Positions 50,031 to 62,322 of a stretch of 64,000 nt of DNA are shown here, in pieces; the first letter of the stretch is position 1; the number at the start of each line of letters is the position of its first letter. Origin of the DNA: Octopus sinensis (taxonomy: Eukaryota). The notes under the pieces were generated by a model. That model saw nothing but the letters and a program-made list of their open reading frames with translations. It was not told the DNA's origin and searched no databases. The stretch spans positions 15,314,001-15,378,000 of the forward strand of contig NC_043009.1 in the NCBI RefSeq assembly GCF_006345805.1, read 5' to 3'. The translations under genes were made by a program, and so were the position numbers.

Positions 50031-51795
50031 TTAATAATCGTACTAGAATTGGAGAAAGCGTCGTTATAAAGACAACTGGCAGTAAAAATAAAATGAGTGC
50101 TCAAGAAAAACATATACTGAATTCTTTTAACATAATATATTTAGCAAAAAATGAAGACGAAATTATACTGAACTCTGCATAATTAAATGTAGCATTAGCA
50201 AGTTAACAGGAAAGCTAACAATGTATAAAAATATTTTGGAGAAGAATAGAAACAGGAACTCTGATACCAGTAAAATATTAACGATGCAAATTTTGCGATT
50301 AAAAAATATAATATATAATGATAATATATTGCAATTAGTAGCAAACATCTAGATCTGGTTGTCTAACAATTCAATGGAAATATTTGTTCACAGATCTGAC
50401 TGTATATAAACATTTGTGTTCTTTGATTCATAAACTTGCACTTAGATATGAAAAGGAATATAAGGTGGTGTAAATATGCATCATAGGTGGTATATAATAG
50501 TAGTCTCGCTTTGATAATATAGGACCTGTCTGTCCAGGCTGACAAGGCGAAGAAAGAAGACTAGCCTACAGATCTATCGGTACCTTCTGAGAAACATATC
50601 TTACGAAGATACGAGAATGAAGTATGGTGGTATAGAAGAAGAATAAACGCATAAAAGTCATAAGAAGGTTTGTAAATTGGTAGACTGTCCAAAAGAATTT
50701 AGTGTGGCACGCTTCTTTATATTGGCTTCGTTGCTACTAGTAGACAAAAGTTTTCCCAACAAAGTATATTCCATATCAACTAAATAAAGGGATTAGTGAT
50801 TAGCATTCAAAAACTTCTCGGTTCAGTAACGGACACTTCGTCCCATTACTACGCTATATAAAATGATTTTGGCTTATATTTCAGCCAATCGTTATGCTGC
50901 AACATTTTTGTGATAGTGTGATTAAATGGAAATTGCTCGCCGTTTCGTATCATGGTTACAAATTGACATATGCAAGAAATACAAACCAGAGGAGAGGGAG
51001 CACTTGTAGTGTCAGAAATGTTCTTGGTCCATCATCAGTGTTAAGGAAATGTTCTCACCAATCACACATTTTCTGTTCTCGCCAAGCAAAGCATCATCTC
51101 TCATACACTAGTTTTAACTCATGATTCGACATAACGGTATATGTAAAGTAACCATTGTAATATCTATGCGTAAAGAAAAATCGTTACCCAAAGCTGATAA
51201 TCATAACTGGTTCTATATGGGAATACTACGTAGCCAGACCGAATTATACTGCTCCCAGCTAACGAACAAATCGAATTATAACGTTGATGTATAATTACTA
51301 ATAATCTCACGTAAGACAACTTCTCCACGATCGACATCTAACATCATTAAATACACAACACAACCTTATCCAGCAGCTGCCACACTGTTCTATAATTCAA
51401 ACCTCACAAAATATACAAAACACAGTCCACGTTTAATATAATCGCAAATCTGGCATCGGAATATTTCACATATTAAAAAAAAATAGAGAAACATCAGAAA
51501 CATTTCAAATACTACAGGAAAATTAGTATGTATGAAATATATAACATCTATCTTGACTCCCAAAAGTGATGCTACTTATAAAGCAAGACTGCTGCCCTGC
51601 ATAATATAGTAACTTGTCTGATATAAATGATAATAATACACTGTTAATGAAAAAATATTAGAAAGTGTTTGTTAATGACTATTTTCGATATCATTGTTCG
51701 GTTTGTATTCATTTACTTTCAATAGAATATATATGACTACGGCAAGGGACGTATATGTCACATTGTTAGTAAAATACTAAAGTATTCGAAAAAAC

Positions 51796-51841
51796 TATTG
51801 GGAAAACAATTTTATTGGGAAAACAATTTTATTGGGAAAAC
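51796..51841. repeat. 17-bp minisatellite (TATTGGGAAAACAATTT) x2.7
   Basis: Directly visible. Confidence 0.9.
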
Positions 51842-53009
51842 TTGTCAATGTATGATCCATTCCATATGAAACTGAAATATTTATCGATTATAATTATATT
51901 GTTGAAATCGACTTATTAAATTGTGAAACAGTAGTAGAGTGGCTAGATACGCTTCTTACAGAGCAGAAATTGAAAGTTAAATAAAATAGTGAAACTCAAT
52001 GAGAATATGGGTGCTGAAAAGAAGAAATTAAACCAATAAATAGAAGATACGGTGGGAATAACAGGAAACTGAACAAAGTAATAAGGTGAAAGAGAATGCG
52101 TGGAACATAAGAGAAAAAAGGATGGTAGAAGTTATGCATATAAATAAATTGGAATTACTGAGAAATTCCAATGAAGAGCACCTCGAAATATTAGTTAAAA
52201 TAATTGATCTTAGTAGAACAAGTTAATATTTGAATAGATACCATCGGATTATACAAAAATCAAATCTTTTTTGAAATATGTTTATTTGATGCACAAAATA
52301 CTTTTCTATGCAGACGATTGATAAACTAACGATTGGCATTTACTTTCCAGTAACGATAGTTGCAAATATTCTGTGAGAGGAAAAATATAACTTTGACAAA
52401 AAACAAAAATGTTTTACTATTATCAAAGCAATTTATCGGTTTATATATCCTCTCATGTTTCTTTATTTCTACTTCATAAATTTATGTTAATCTATATCCT
52501 TCCATTTGTTATATAAAAGAAAAAACAAAAAAAATCATGTTATATAATCTGCATCTAATTTCCGTAACATTGTCATCCATAATATTTTATTCAGATAAGA
52601 AACTTTCTGTTTCCGAAGAGAAAGAAGACAGGAAGTGTTACAGATTAAGGCAAATGACAACTACGTGATAAGCTTTGGTTACAGAAACAGCATATTCCGC
52701 TTCCTATACATATCTATCAATTTGTAACCAATGTTATTTTAATGTTATATTTTTGATATCGTATCAATTTATTTTAAGCCTCAAACACTATAATAAAACA
52801 AAGATAACAATGACAAAGACAACAACAACAACAACAAAAACAACAAAAACAATAACCTGAGGATCATTAACAACAGAAAAGTAGCATAAACAATAGTAAC
52901 CAAGTCGACGGAACTGGGAAATTTTATTCTTGGAAATTCAAAGTTCACAAATATGCACCACTACCATGATGGCAAATAATAGCAGCAGTTAAAATAATAT
53001 TTTATGCTA

Positions 53010-53215
53010 TAGGCACAAGGCCTAAAATTATGGGGGTAGAGGGCTAGTTGATTACATTGACTCCAATGCTCGACCGGTACATATTTTATCAACCCCCGGA
53101 AGGATGAAAGGCAAAGTCAGCCTCGATGGAATATCAACCCTGAAGGAAATTCCGGAAGAAATACTGTCGAGCACTTTGTCCGGCGTCTTAACGACTTCAT
53201 TAGCTTCCTGCCTTA
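53010..53215 (-). mobile_element. SINE family 2-like monomer, diverged
   Basis: AGGCACAAGGCC..ATTTTATCAACCCCGGAAGGATGAAAGGCAAAGTCAGCCTCG matches the family 2 core and tail. Confidence 0.7.
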
Positions 53216-53354
53216 GTAGCTGTAAAATATCAAAGACAATAACAACAGCAACAACGGAATAAGCAAAAATAACTATAGTAGCAGCAATGAAAGTGATTTT
53301 TAAGGAATTTCTACGTGTACTCAAATTGATCACTCCATTTGGAAGACTTTTTCT

Positions 53355-54138
53355 TTTCTATATTTAAGAGATGAGGAATTATGTTCATTGTTTACATTAT
53401 TTACATTATTTACATTCGACGATATTTGTCCTCCAGCGTTCTTCAAGTGTCTTGGGGAAATTTCGAACCTGGGTTCTCATTCCTAAGGTAATTTTCGATG
53501 TTATTATCATTATTATTATTGTTGATGATGATGTTGTTGTTCAGGTCACTGCTTGGAATCGAACTCGGAATCTTGGGGTTAGTAGCCCGCGTTCTTAACC
53601 ACTATGATATATGCCCGTGGGCAATTATGGAGTGAATTTTAGGGCTTATGAATCTAATATTCCCCTATCCTTCCTTAATACTGCTTCCCATACGCTGCTC
53701 ATATCTGCACTCGGTCTGCTTAGGAGGTTATTGTATCCTAGCATATGTGTTGCTTCTTTCAGTTGTTCGTATTTTCCAGTGGTGTTCTCTGTTTATTATT
53801 TTAACTTCATCCCACAGGATGGGGGGTCTCCATTTTTCCACACATGATCAGCTATACCAGATTTATCAATATCTCCTTCTCTCACAGCTTTGTGATGTTC
53901 CTCTACCCTTATTTTGAGGGGGCAGCATGTTTCGCTTTTGTATAACCTACCACAACTGCATGTGATGGAGTACACGCAGCCTTTGCTTATAATACCTTTG
54001 GAAAAATACGTTAGGAATGAAAACCAAGGTTCGAAATTTCCTCAAGACACCTGAAGAAGGTATATCAGCCAAAACGTTGCGTTAACAACAAACAAGATGA
54101 GGACAAATATCTGTCGAATGTAAATAATGTAAATAATG
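53355..54138 (-). mobile_element. Penelope-like element 3' end (GIY-YIG, tRNA-like module, terminal repeat) with inverted terminal-repeat copy at its 5' junction
   Basis: Minus strand 53999-53646: GCVYSITCSCGRLYK.ET..LKIRVEEH.KAV..GDIDKSGIADHVWK..LWDEVKII.REHHWKIR...stop. Tail 53390-53498 is the reverse complement of 54001-54138, each copy with its own deletion. Confidence 0.82.
53544..53616 (-). ncRNA. tRNA-like (Pol III A/B box) module within the PLE 3' region
   Basis: GGGCATATATCATAGTGGTTAAGAACGCGGGCTACTAACCCCAAGATTCCGAGTTCGATTCCAAGCAGTGACC: A-box-like TAGTGGTTAAG, B-box GTTCGATTC; not a complete cloverleaf. Confidence 0.7.
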
Positions 54139-54239
54139 GACTTTTTCTTTATTTTTAATTTTAATTGTATTTTGTTCTTGCTATTTTCCTTGTTATTTCT
54201 CACACTACATCGTCCTTTATAGTCAAGTACCTTACTCGA

Positions 54240-54635
54240 TTCTTTCATTACCCTTGTAGTTAACAAAGAAAGTATTAACATCATTATGCGGAAGTGTTTC
54301 AAGAGGGAAACGCAATCTTTCAGGATGATAATGCACCGATTCACACAGTTGTTACTGAATGGCACGAGGAACATTCTAGAGAAGTTGAATATATTATTTG
54401 GCCACCACAATCCCAGATCTCAATACTATTTAGCATTTATGATGCATTTTCGAAAAGCAAGTAAGGAGGCAATATCCTCCACGATCATCACAAGAACGGG
54501 AGACCTTTAGGAGAAGAAAGGACAACAATTCCTTTGAAAACAATTCAAACTTTGTACGAGCTAATACCTCGTAGAATTCAAGCTGTAATTACTGCCAAAC
54601 TTTTGAGGTGTTTCCATTATTTTGTCCAACCCATG
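54240..54635 (+). mobile_element. Tc1 transposon 3' end, decayed
   Basis: IFQDDNAPIH...WPPQSPDLN, IPRRIQAVITAK, and terminal repeat GGTGTTTCCATTATTTTGTCCAACCCATG followed by TA. Confidence 0.82.
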
Positions 54636-55257
54636 TATATATATAGAGAGACAGACAGACAGACAGAGAAAGATAGATAGATGATAGATATTATAAATAC
54701 GCATTTGTTATATATTAAGCAAATATTAATTTATATACACACAAATGCACACACAGACTCGCATACACTCACACAAACCAATAAACATGACATATGTGTG
54801 TGTATGTGTGCGTGTGTGTGTGAGTGTGTGTGCGCATGTGCGTGCGTGTGTGTGTGCATATGTGTGTATGTATGAGTAAAAAGCTGCAAGTAGAAAAAGA
54901 CAGTTATATGTACATGTGTATATTTGTCAACAAAGATATTGTTTACGTTATACAGAAAAGGAAATATAGTGAACTGAAGGTGATAGTTAATTTAATATAT
55001 GAATCAAATTATTTAAAGCAACCAAATTCATGTACATAGCAATTTGAAAGACTATTTTCAGCAGCAGTAACTGTTTGCGATTTGAGAATTTCAGAGAAAT
55101 TCAACAATTTCATTGTTTTTATAATATAACGTTATTTGCATTACATTATTTCTTTATCTCTGTCTCTCTCACCTTTCCCCTCACTTTCTCCCTCTTTCTC
55201 TCTCTCTCTCCCACTTTCTCTCATTCCCTCCCCCTATCTCACCCAGCCCCTCTCTCT

Positions 55258-55295
<38 letters not shown>

Positions 55296-55562
55296 TGTGT
55301 GTATGTATGCGTCTGCATTTGTGTATGTGTGTGTGTGTTTGTGTGTATGTGCCTGTGTCTGTATGCATAGAACTCAAAACAGGAGTATATATATATTTCG
55401 TATTAATAACCAACAGAATTATTAATAAAAAAATTCAGAGTTCCGTGCGCCGGTACTTACCAACCTGATTTCATTTCATATCAATGGGGTTATGTTCAAA
55501 TCCCAGTGATAATGATATTTCCCTGGAACGTTCTAGAACGAATTATCATATATATATGTATA

Positions 55563-55980
55563 TACAATGAGGTACTCGAAAGTAAGCGAAAACGTTATTT
55601 GTGGGATAAGCCCGATGTAGATCAGGCTGCCGCTGCTAGAAGCCATTTGATGCGACTCACAGCATCAATGTGCAGACCGGTATTGTTGGGTGAAGTCGTA
55701 TTGTCACGTGATGCATTTTTGTCTTGCAATGCTTCTCGCCCTTGATCGTCGACGTCTGCGATGGCTGAAACGAAAGAACAGCGTGCTTCCGTCAAATTCC
55801 GTTTTCATCTGGGGAAAGCGGCGGCTGAAACATTTGTCATGATTCAAACAGCTGCCATAAGCAAAGCAAGTTCCCGAATGGTCTTCACGTTTTAGGAATG
55901 GTCACTTATCGCTTGAAGACCAACTTCAAACGAAAACACCATGAAAATTCATGAACTGGATGATGGATGACCAGCATCAA
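55563..55980 (+). mobile_element. mariner transposon 5' end, decayed
   Basis: ATG at 55761: MAETKEQRASVKF.F.LGK.AAET.VMIQTA...F.RFRNGHLSLEDQ (typical mariner HTH start). Confidence 0.78.
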
Positions 55981-56097
55981 ACAAGTGACGAAGTTGTCCG
56001 CTGGATTAAAAAAATCTTTAGGCTGCTAGAAGAAGCGCGATGAAAAAGATTATATCGAAAAATGATGTAATACTTCAACCACTGCTTGAATATTCTT

Positions 56098-56490
56098 TTC
56101 TACTCGAGGCACAAGGCCCAAAATTTTGGGGGAGGAGGCCAGTCGATTAGATCAAACCCAGTACGCAACTGGTACTTAATTTATCAACCCCGAAAGGATG
56201 AAAGGCGAAGCCGACCTCGGCGGAATTTGAACTCAGAACGTAAAGACAGATGAAATACCAATTTCTTTATTACCCACAAGCGGCTAAACACAGAGAGGAC
56301 AAACAAGGACAGACAAACGGATTAAGTCGATTACATCAACCCCAGTGCGTAACTGGTACTTAATTTATCGACCCCGAAAGGATGAAAGGCAAAGTCGACC
56401 TCGGCGGAATTTGAACTCAGAATGTAAAGACAGACGAAATACGGCTACGCATTTCGCCTGGCGTGCTAACGGTTTTGCCAGCTCACCACT
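56098..56490 (-). mobile_element. SINE family 2, full-length, duplicated core
   Basis: Same structure as 39125..39515. Confidence 0.88.
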
Positions 56491-57091
56491 TTAATCACTA
56501 CTTGTATGTTAATAAATAGTCTAACTGAAACGTGAGTGTCTACAATTTTTAACTAAATCTATCTCTTTCTCTCTCTCTATCCCTCTCTCTCTATCCCACG
56601 CACATTCATATAAATATAAACATATATATGGAGGTATATACATACACGAGCAGGCACATATACAGTTGCAATGTACCTGGATTTTCTATTGCCATCGTGA
56701 GCGCACAAGGCGCCGCATCAATACCTCTAAGTATTACCTTCCAATAAAATGTTTTCGTCTGTGACTAAAGCATTTAATGTCTTTTTATAAACGCGGCACT
56801 CATTCATTATGTGGTTTATTTTTACCTCGATATTGTTGCATATTATTTCATTACGTGTCATATTACCTTGTTCATTACTGTCAATATCTTTTTAGGGAAA
56901 TCGAAGTGCACATTCTGAGATAAATATCAAAGACTCTGAGTTAGAAAGTAAACGTTAAAATTCCTTACAATGTTTGTCGTGAGGTTATTCTGATTTACAT
57001 GGTAGTCGAAATATCAAACCATATATGAAATTACGTTTATATATTTGTTGTGCAATATTTTTTATGCGAAGTCGTGTGTTGAAACAGATAT

Positions 57092-57469
57092 TGTTGTATT
57101 TCGGAATGGTCAATTTGCCAGTGTAGCCAATAAAAACACACGCACTATGTATTTGATGTTACTTTGCTTCAGTGTTATTTATTTTTTACATTAAACTTAA
57201 TCTTATTTCGGCCAGAGTTCTTTCGTCACACTCCTGTGACCGCATCAGTGGTCCTTTGTTTTGACGGTTAGTAAGGAGAGACACAAATAAGAAAGAAGAA
57301 AACAAAGGATCACTGATGCGGTCACAGGAGTGTGATGAAGGAACTCTGGCCGAAATAAGATTAAGATTAACGTAAAAAATAAATAACACTGAAGCAAAGT
57401 AACACCAAATATATAGTGCGTGTGTTTATATTGGCTAAACTGGTAAATACAACATTCCGAAATACAACA
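57092..57469. repeat. Fold-back inverted repeat, 171-bp arms, 36-bp spacer
   Basis: 57092-57262 versus reverse complement of 57299-57469; about 13 mismatches counted by hand. Confidence 0.93.
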
Positions 57470-59424
57470 TATATGAAATATTAGATAGATTTCAATACGT
57501 CTATAGACGCGTGCGAGGTGGGGATGTGTGCACGTGTGTCTGTACATGCGCCCATTGTCGGAATGTTCCAGAATTTTCATTAGAATAGCAAATCTCTCCT
57601 GCTATTATATCACTAGAGGTTTTCTATCTTGATAATGCATATAAAGTGAAATTACACGAATGTGAAAGTGCAGATTACCTGTGTATCAGCCAACGTTATG
57701 CATATAGATGACACGAAAAAATGCTATTAAGTAATAAAAATGAAATGTAATACCCATCTGAAATGTAAATTTTGCCAATGTAATTTTCTATAAAGTTAAT
57801 TATGATTGCAATCTCATTGTGGCTATCACACTATATATTACTGCGGCAAACAATTTACTCACAATATTCCATACCTTGCTTCGTGCGAAGTGTTCAATAC
57901 TGATCTCTTGCTAAATTACTCAACCAACTGAAACTTGCAGTAAATCTCCTTGAAATCAAACCATTTTGGGTAAAAGATTAGTCTGAAATTATAGTCATAG
58001 ATAATGATAAAGGCTATATGGTCAGCACTGGAAAGCATTTGGTCGTCGGTGATTTCATTCAGCGCTGTTGTTGCAATGATAGCAATTAATAATAATTGTG
58101 CGACACAATATATCAGATTGATTCAACAAGCATTATTGATACCTAGCAGGATCGATGTGCCTGCTGGAATGGCAACGAGGTCTCTTTCAACCAAAACTTA
58201 CTAAAGAATACGTTGGATAATGTGTTAAAGATACAAGAAATGTGACGCTCATCGCTAGAATATATTTGATCATAGGACTGATAATTAGTATCAGTGTTTA
58301 CCTGATACTAATTATCAGCCATAAATATTATGCAACTTATTGATTTTAGATATTTTATATTTGACACTAACGTACAGTCAGTTTTATTTCAGAGCGAAGT
58401 ATGTTAGATACACGGCACTAAGTATCTACGTCTAGTTTTTAGTGATATTGAGTAGAGCATTGTCAATTAAATCTACACCTGTCTTTAGCTGTTAATTTAT
58501 TTGATCGAAACTGCATAGATGAAAGGCAAAATTAATGACAGAGGAATGAGGACTTAAATCTTGTCGGGCTTAAATATTGCAAATCATTTACTTCTGCATT
58601 GTAAAGCTTTGCGAATACAGCGCTGTTTTGTAACTAGTTTTATTAATTACGATAATCTATACTGATCGTGATAACACTGTTGTAAATTAGTTTCATTCAA
58701 AGTTACTCTTATTTCACCTGATGGTAATTATGGTGCTGTTTTCTCATGGAAATCCTAATAATGTTCTTTGTGATGTTGGTAGCAATAGGGCTTCCCATAA
58801 TTAGGAAGGCGAGGTGTGCACTAATTCTAATATTAATGTAGTGATTATGAGATTCCCGCCAAGCAGCAGCTTCTAATCAAATATATATTAGCATCTCTTT
58901 CAATTCTATACACATTTAATGATAACGAATTCATTAAACTACGCTGTTCACGATGTCTACGATTACAGTATTTTCCTTGTTTGTATACAAGGCATCCCTG
59001 AGCTCGATGAGCTATGAACAAGAGCGTTTAAATCATTAAGCCATGACAACAATATCACTCAATTCATAAGTTTTAAGATAATAGGAAGAAAATCCAAGGA
59101 AAATTGGCGGCTATTTATATTTGATGCAGCGACCGTGTACAAGATTTCTCGTTGATATATTGCTTTGGTAGATTTCCGTTGAGGTTTGCCATCAACGCTT
59201 AACAAGAGAGTAATAAAGTTATTGAAATACCAACTGTTGCCGGATGTGAATGGTACTTAGACACGCTCCCCCTAGATCGGTATAGTGATTTCAGATTAAG
59301 ATTACATACAATTTATATTTCACTGACTTCAAATCCATCTTCAATAGCCCATTCCAAACATTTATTCATCACATAGAAATAAGAGTATAAATTCCAGCAG
59401 TAGCAGAGGTATTGATTATAATAT

Positions 59425-59610
59425 AAGTAGTAGTAGTAATGGTGGTGGTGATGGTGAGGGTGGTGGTGGTGGTGGTGGTGGTGGTGGTGGTGGTGGTGGT
59501 GATGGTGATGGCGATGGTGGTGGTGGTGGTGGTGGTGGTGGTGGTGATGGTGATGGTGGTGGTGGTGGTTGTGGTGGTGGTGGTAGTAGCGGTAGTGGTG
59601 GTGGTAGTAA
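59425..59610. repeat. (GGT)n/(GTA)n microsatellite
   Basis: Directly visible. Confidence 0.95.
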
Positions 59611-59844
59611 AAACAATTGAAGTTGTAATCAAGTCATTCCACAAGTCTGCATGTCAATACTCTAATAGGAAATAAAACGCAGATTTTATGGTATACTCAT
59701 CCAATGCCCACGCAGTTTATACTGAGATTCATCCTCATGCACATTTGTATGTGCGTATGTATATATGCATGCAAGCATGTACGTATGCTTGTATGTATGC
59801 GTGTGCAAAAGTCATAAAAAAACTGAGAATGTTTTATTTACATC

Positions 59845-59973
59845 AATAATGTTAGAAAAGAAAAGGATATTAGTTGTAGTCATATTGTAGAGGTCAGGAA
59901 TACTCTTATTATCTAGCATTCTTGACCTCTACACTATGACAAAACTAGTGTCCTTGTATTTTCTAACATTATT
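59845..59973. repeat. Fold-back inverted repeat, about 56-bp arms, 16-bp loop
   Basis: AATAATGTTAGAAAA...GTCATATTGTAGAGGTCAGGAAT versus ATTCTTGACCTCTACACTATGAC...TTTTCTAACATTATT. Confidence 0.85.
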
Positions 59974-60544
59974 TCCCCGATATGCTAGATAGCAATAACT
60001 GAACATTACTGCCTGAGACTGACCATGCCCATATAAAAGCTGGAGAATATCTAACCTCCATACAAATGTGCTAATGAGGGTTGACTACAAGGACTAATGT
60101 TTCAGAGTGCCCCTCTTCCAAATTTGACGGAATAATGTCACTACTTCTAGTAAGTGACTCCTATGCCATCTTCTTACCTACATCCACTCCTTTGTAACCT
60201 GTCTTCCTCTGTTCTCTATTCTACTTCAATATGTCCATTTTCTCCTCCGACCTTACACATACAATAGCCATTCCTCCAGTGCTCGGCTTGTAATAACGAG
60301 AAACGGCTCTAACGAAATTAGTATTAATTTTCTTTGGTCGCTCAATTTTCCTCAATTGATCAAAAGATCAAATGAGTAAACCTGTCGATAATGTTCCTTT
60401 AATGAGTACTGGAAACAGCTGTAAACCAAATTTGCTCCAATAAATGAAAACTATGTAATGATCATTATATTTAACTTGTTTCTTATATCTATATCTGTAG
60501 AATTCCCTGTACGTGTGTGTGTTTGTGTGTGTACGCACGCGCTT

Positions 60545-60900
60545 GTGTGTGTTTCTTCTATGCACGGCCAAACCGCTTGATCGAGCTGTACCAAGTTTAG
60601 CATGAAGGTTTTTCATTACTTGGAAGTGGTTGTAGAGATGTGGGTCAAATTTTGGTCGTTATCTATACGACCCTACCGAATTTTTTTGTCAGCGCATCTC
60701 TATGTTTTCGATGACCGAGAATATGCAAAGAACCATGTTTTCAAAATTTGAAGTCCTACCTTCCCCCAAATTTTATATTTTTAACTAATTTTCAATTTTT
60801 TTTTAAATCTACGTGGAAAAATACGGAGATTAAGAATACGGAAAAAATCTTTAATGTCAAATTTTCAATGAAGAACTCCAAAATTGATCCGTACACCCCT
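60545..60900 (+). mobile_element. Possible non-autonomous Helentron/HINE-like relic
   Basis: (GT)n followed by CTATGCACGGCCAAACCGCTTGATCGAGCTGTACCAAGTTTAGCATG resembles the HINE/DINE core pattern (AACxG..CCGAT...AAATTT); weak. Confidence 0.3.
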
Positions 60901-60911
60901 CGGCATCACAT

Positions 60912-60953
60912 CTGAAAATGAACTGCTAAAAACTGAAAATGAACTGCTAAAAA
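60912..60953. repeat. 21-bp perfect tandem duplication
   Basis: CTGAAAATGAACTGCTAAAAA x2. Confidence 0.9.
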
Positions 60954-62204
60954 TAACAGCTAAATGTCGAAAATGTCTATGGTGTGCGCGCAACAACTTC
61001 TACAGCTTGTAGGAATGATCAGAGAAAGTAAACAGAAATAATTTACATACCTGTAGTATACGTCGGGTTTTTTTTTGCTTTCAAGGTAAACGATTCTGAT
61101 AGCAGCAAATACCATATTGAATAATTCTCCGTCACTTTTTTTGTTTTTTAAAGTAAAGATAAACGCTTTTTAATTGTGATAATGAAACAAGGCGGTTAGT
61201 CTTTACCGCCAAAATTAATTTCTCTTGCAAAAAATATGTTGTTACCAAAAGCATTAAGACTTTACTAAACTTCATCGATTTGTCACTGAACGAGGATTTA
61301 GTTTCATTTAGTACACACTTTCCTACCATTTTATATGGAGAATTGCAAACATGGCATATAAATATAACTCATTTTAATAGAATTTTTTAGTATATTACCG
61401 TAAACGTTTTTCTTGCACACTACCCCCATACATACATACACACACAAACACACTCACACACACCTGCATATATACGCAAATGAATACACATGGACGAAGT
61501 CCCATTTCGGAAAAAGATATTAAAGTTTTCCTTATTTTGGAATGAAGAATACAAACACAGGTGGTGAGACAGTGACTAAACTTGTGTGAAAAAATTATTG
61601 TTTCACATTTATTCTTTCACTTTTAATTCTAATGTGATAACACTAAGATAATCATATTTTACACATGTAACGTTCAATTACCAGGTAATAATTATCGCAG
61701 CGGTTGCAAGTTTTCAAGGCATTTACAGTTACACATTAACCCTTAAATTAACATTTAATAATATATGTGCTTAATATATATACATTCAGAAATTTATTTG
61801 TAATTATTATTGTGGGATTTACAGTTAAATTAGTAGTTCGTACATGTGTCTCTATTTGGTTATTTGGTTTATATTTGGTTCGTTTGTACCGCATGCAAAA
61901 TAAAGAAATGTAACCGCTTATAAAAATAAAGATTAATGTATACTTTTTTTTAAAACTCATATTTATCTTTGTTTGTCATGTTTAATAAGTGTAAAAAGTG
62001 TAAAAGAATTTGAATTTTGTGTATGATTTTATAATTTTTGTCATTTAAAAAAAATTTGCTCAATTTCATTGAAACAGGTTGTTCATTCTAGAACACCCTG
62101 TATGGTGTAGCGTTGTTAGTTGTTGCGTTTTCTCGTCGTAAACCACATCTTTTTGTTAAGCATATTGTATAAAGAAGTATATTATCCAAAATGTATCTCT
62201 CCTT

Positions 62205-62322
62205 TTAAGGTGTGGCTGTATGGTTGAGAAGCTTGCTTTCCAACCAAGTCGCCTTGGATTCAGTCCCACTGTGCAGCAGGTTGGGCAATGCAATTAGGGC
62301 TCCGTGCCGACCAAAGCCTTGT
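62205..62322 (+). mobile_element. SINE family 1 head, diverged and truncated
   Basis: GTGGCTGTATGGTTGAGAAGCTTGCTTTCCAACCA..TTCAGTCCCACTG..GCCGACCAAAGCCTTGT. Confidence 0.7.

Noticed and set aside
53544-53616. Functional tRNA gene
   Set aside because: Anticodon stem has only 3 pairs and the acceptor stem does not form; treated as a tRNA-derived module.
59369-59675. Poly-Thr/Pro/Val ORFs suggesting a mucin or extensin exon
   Set aside because: Pure (GGT)n microsatellite with no splice or flanking coding evidence.
42311-60953. Short tandem repeats at 42311, 51796 and 60912 as CRISPR-like arrays
   Set aside because: No unique spacers, no cas genes, eukaryotic context.
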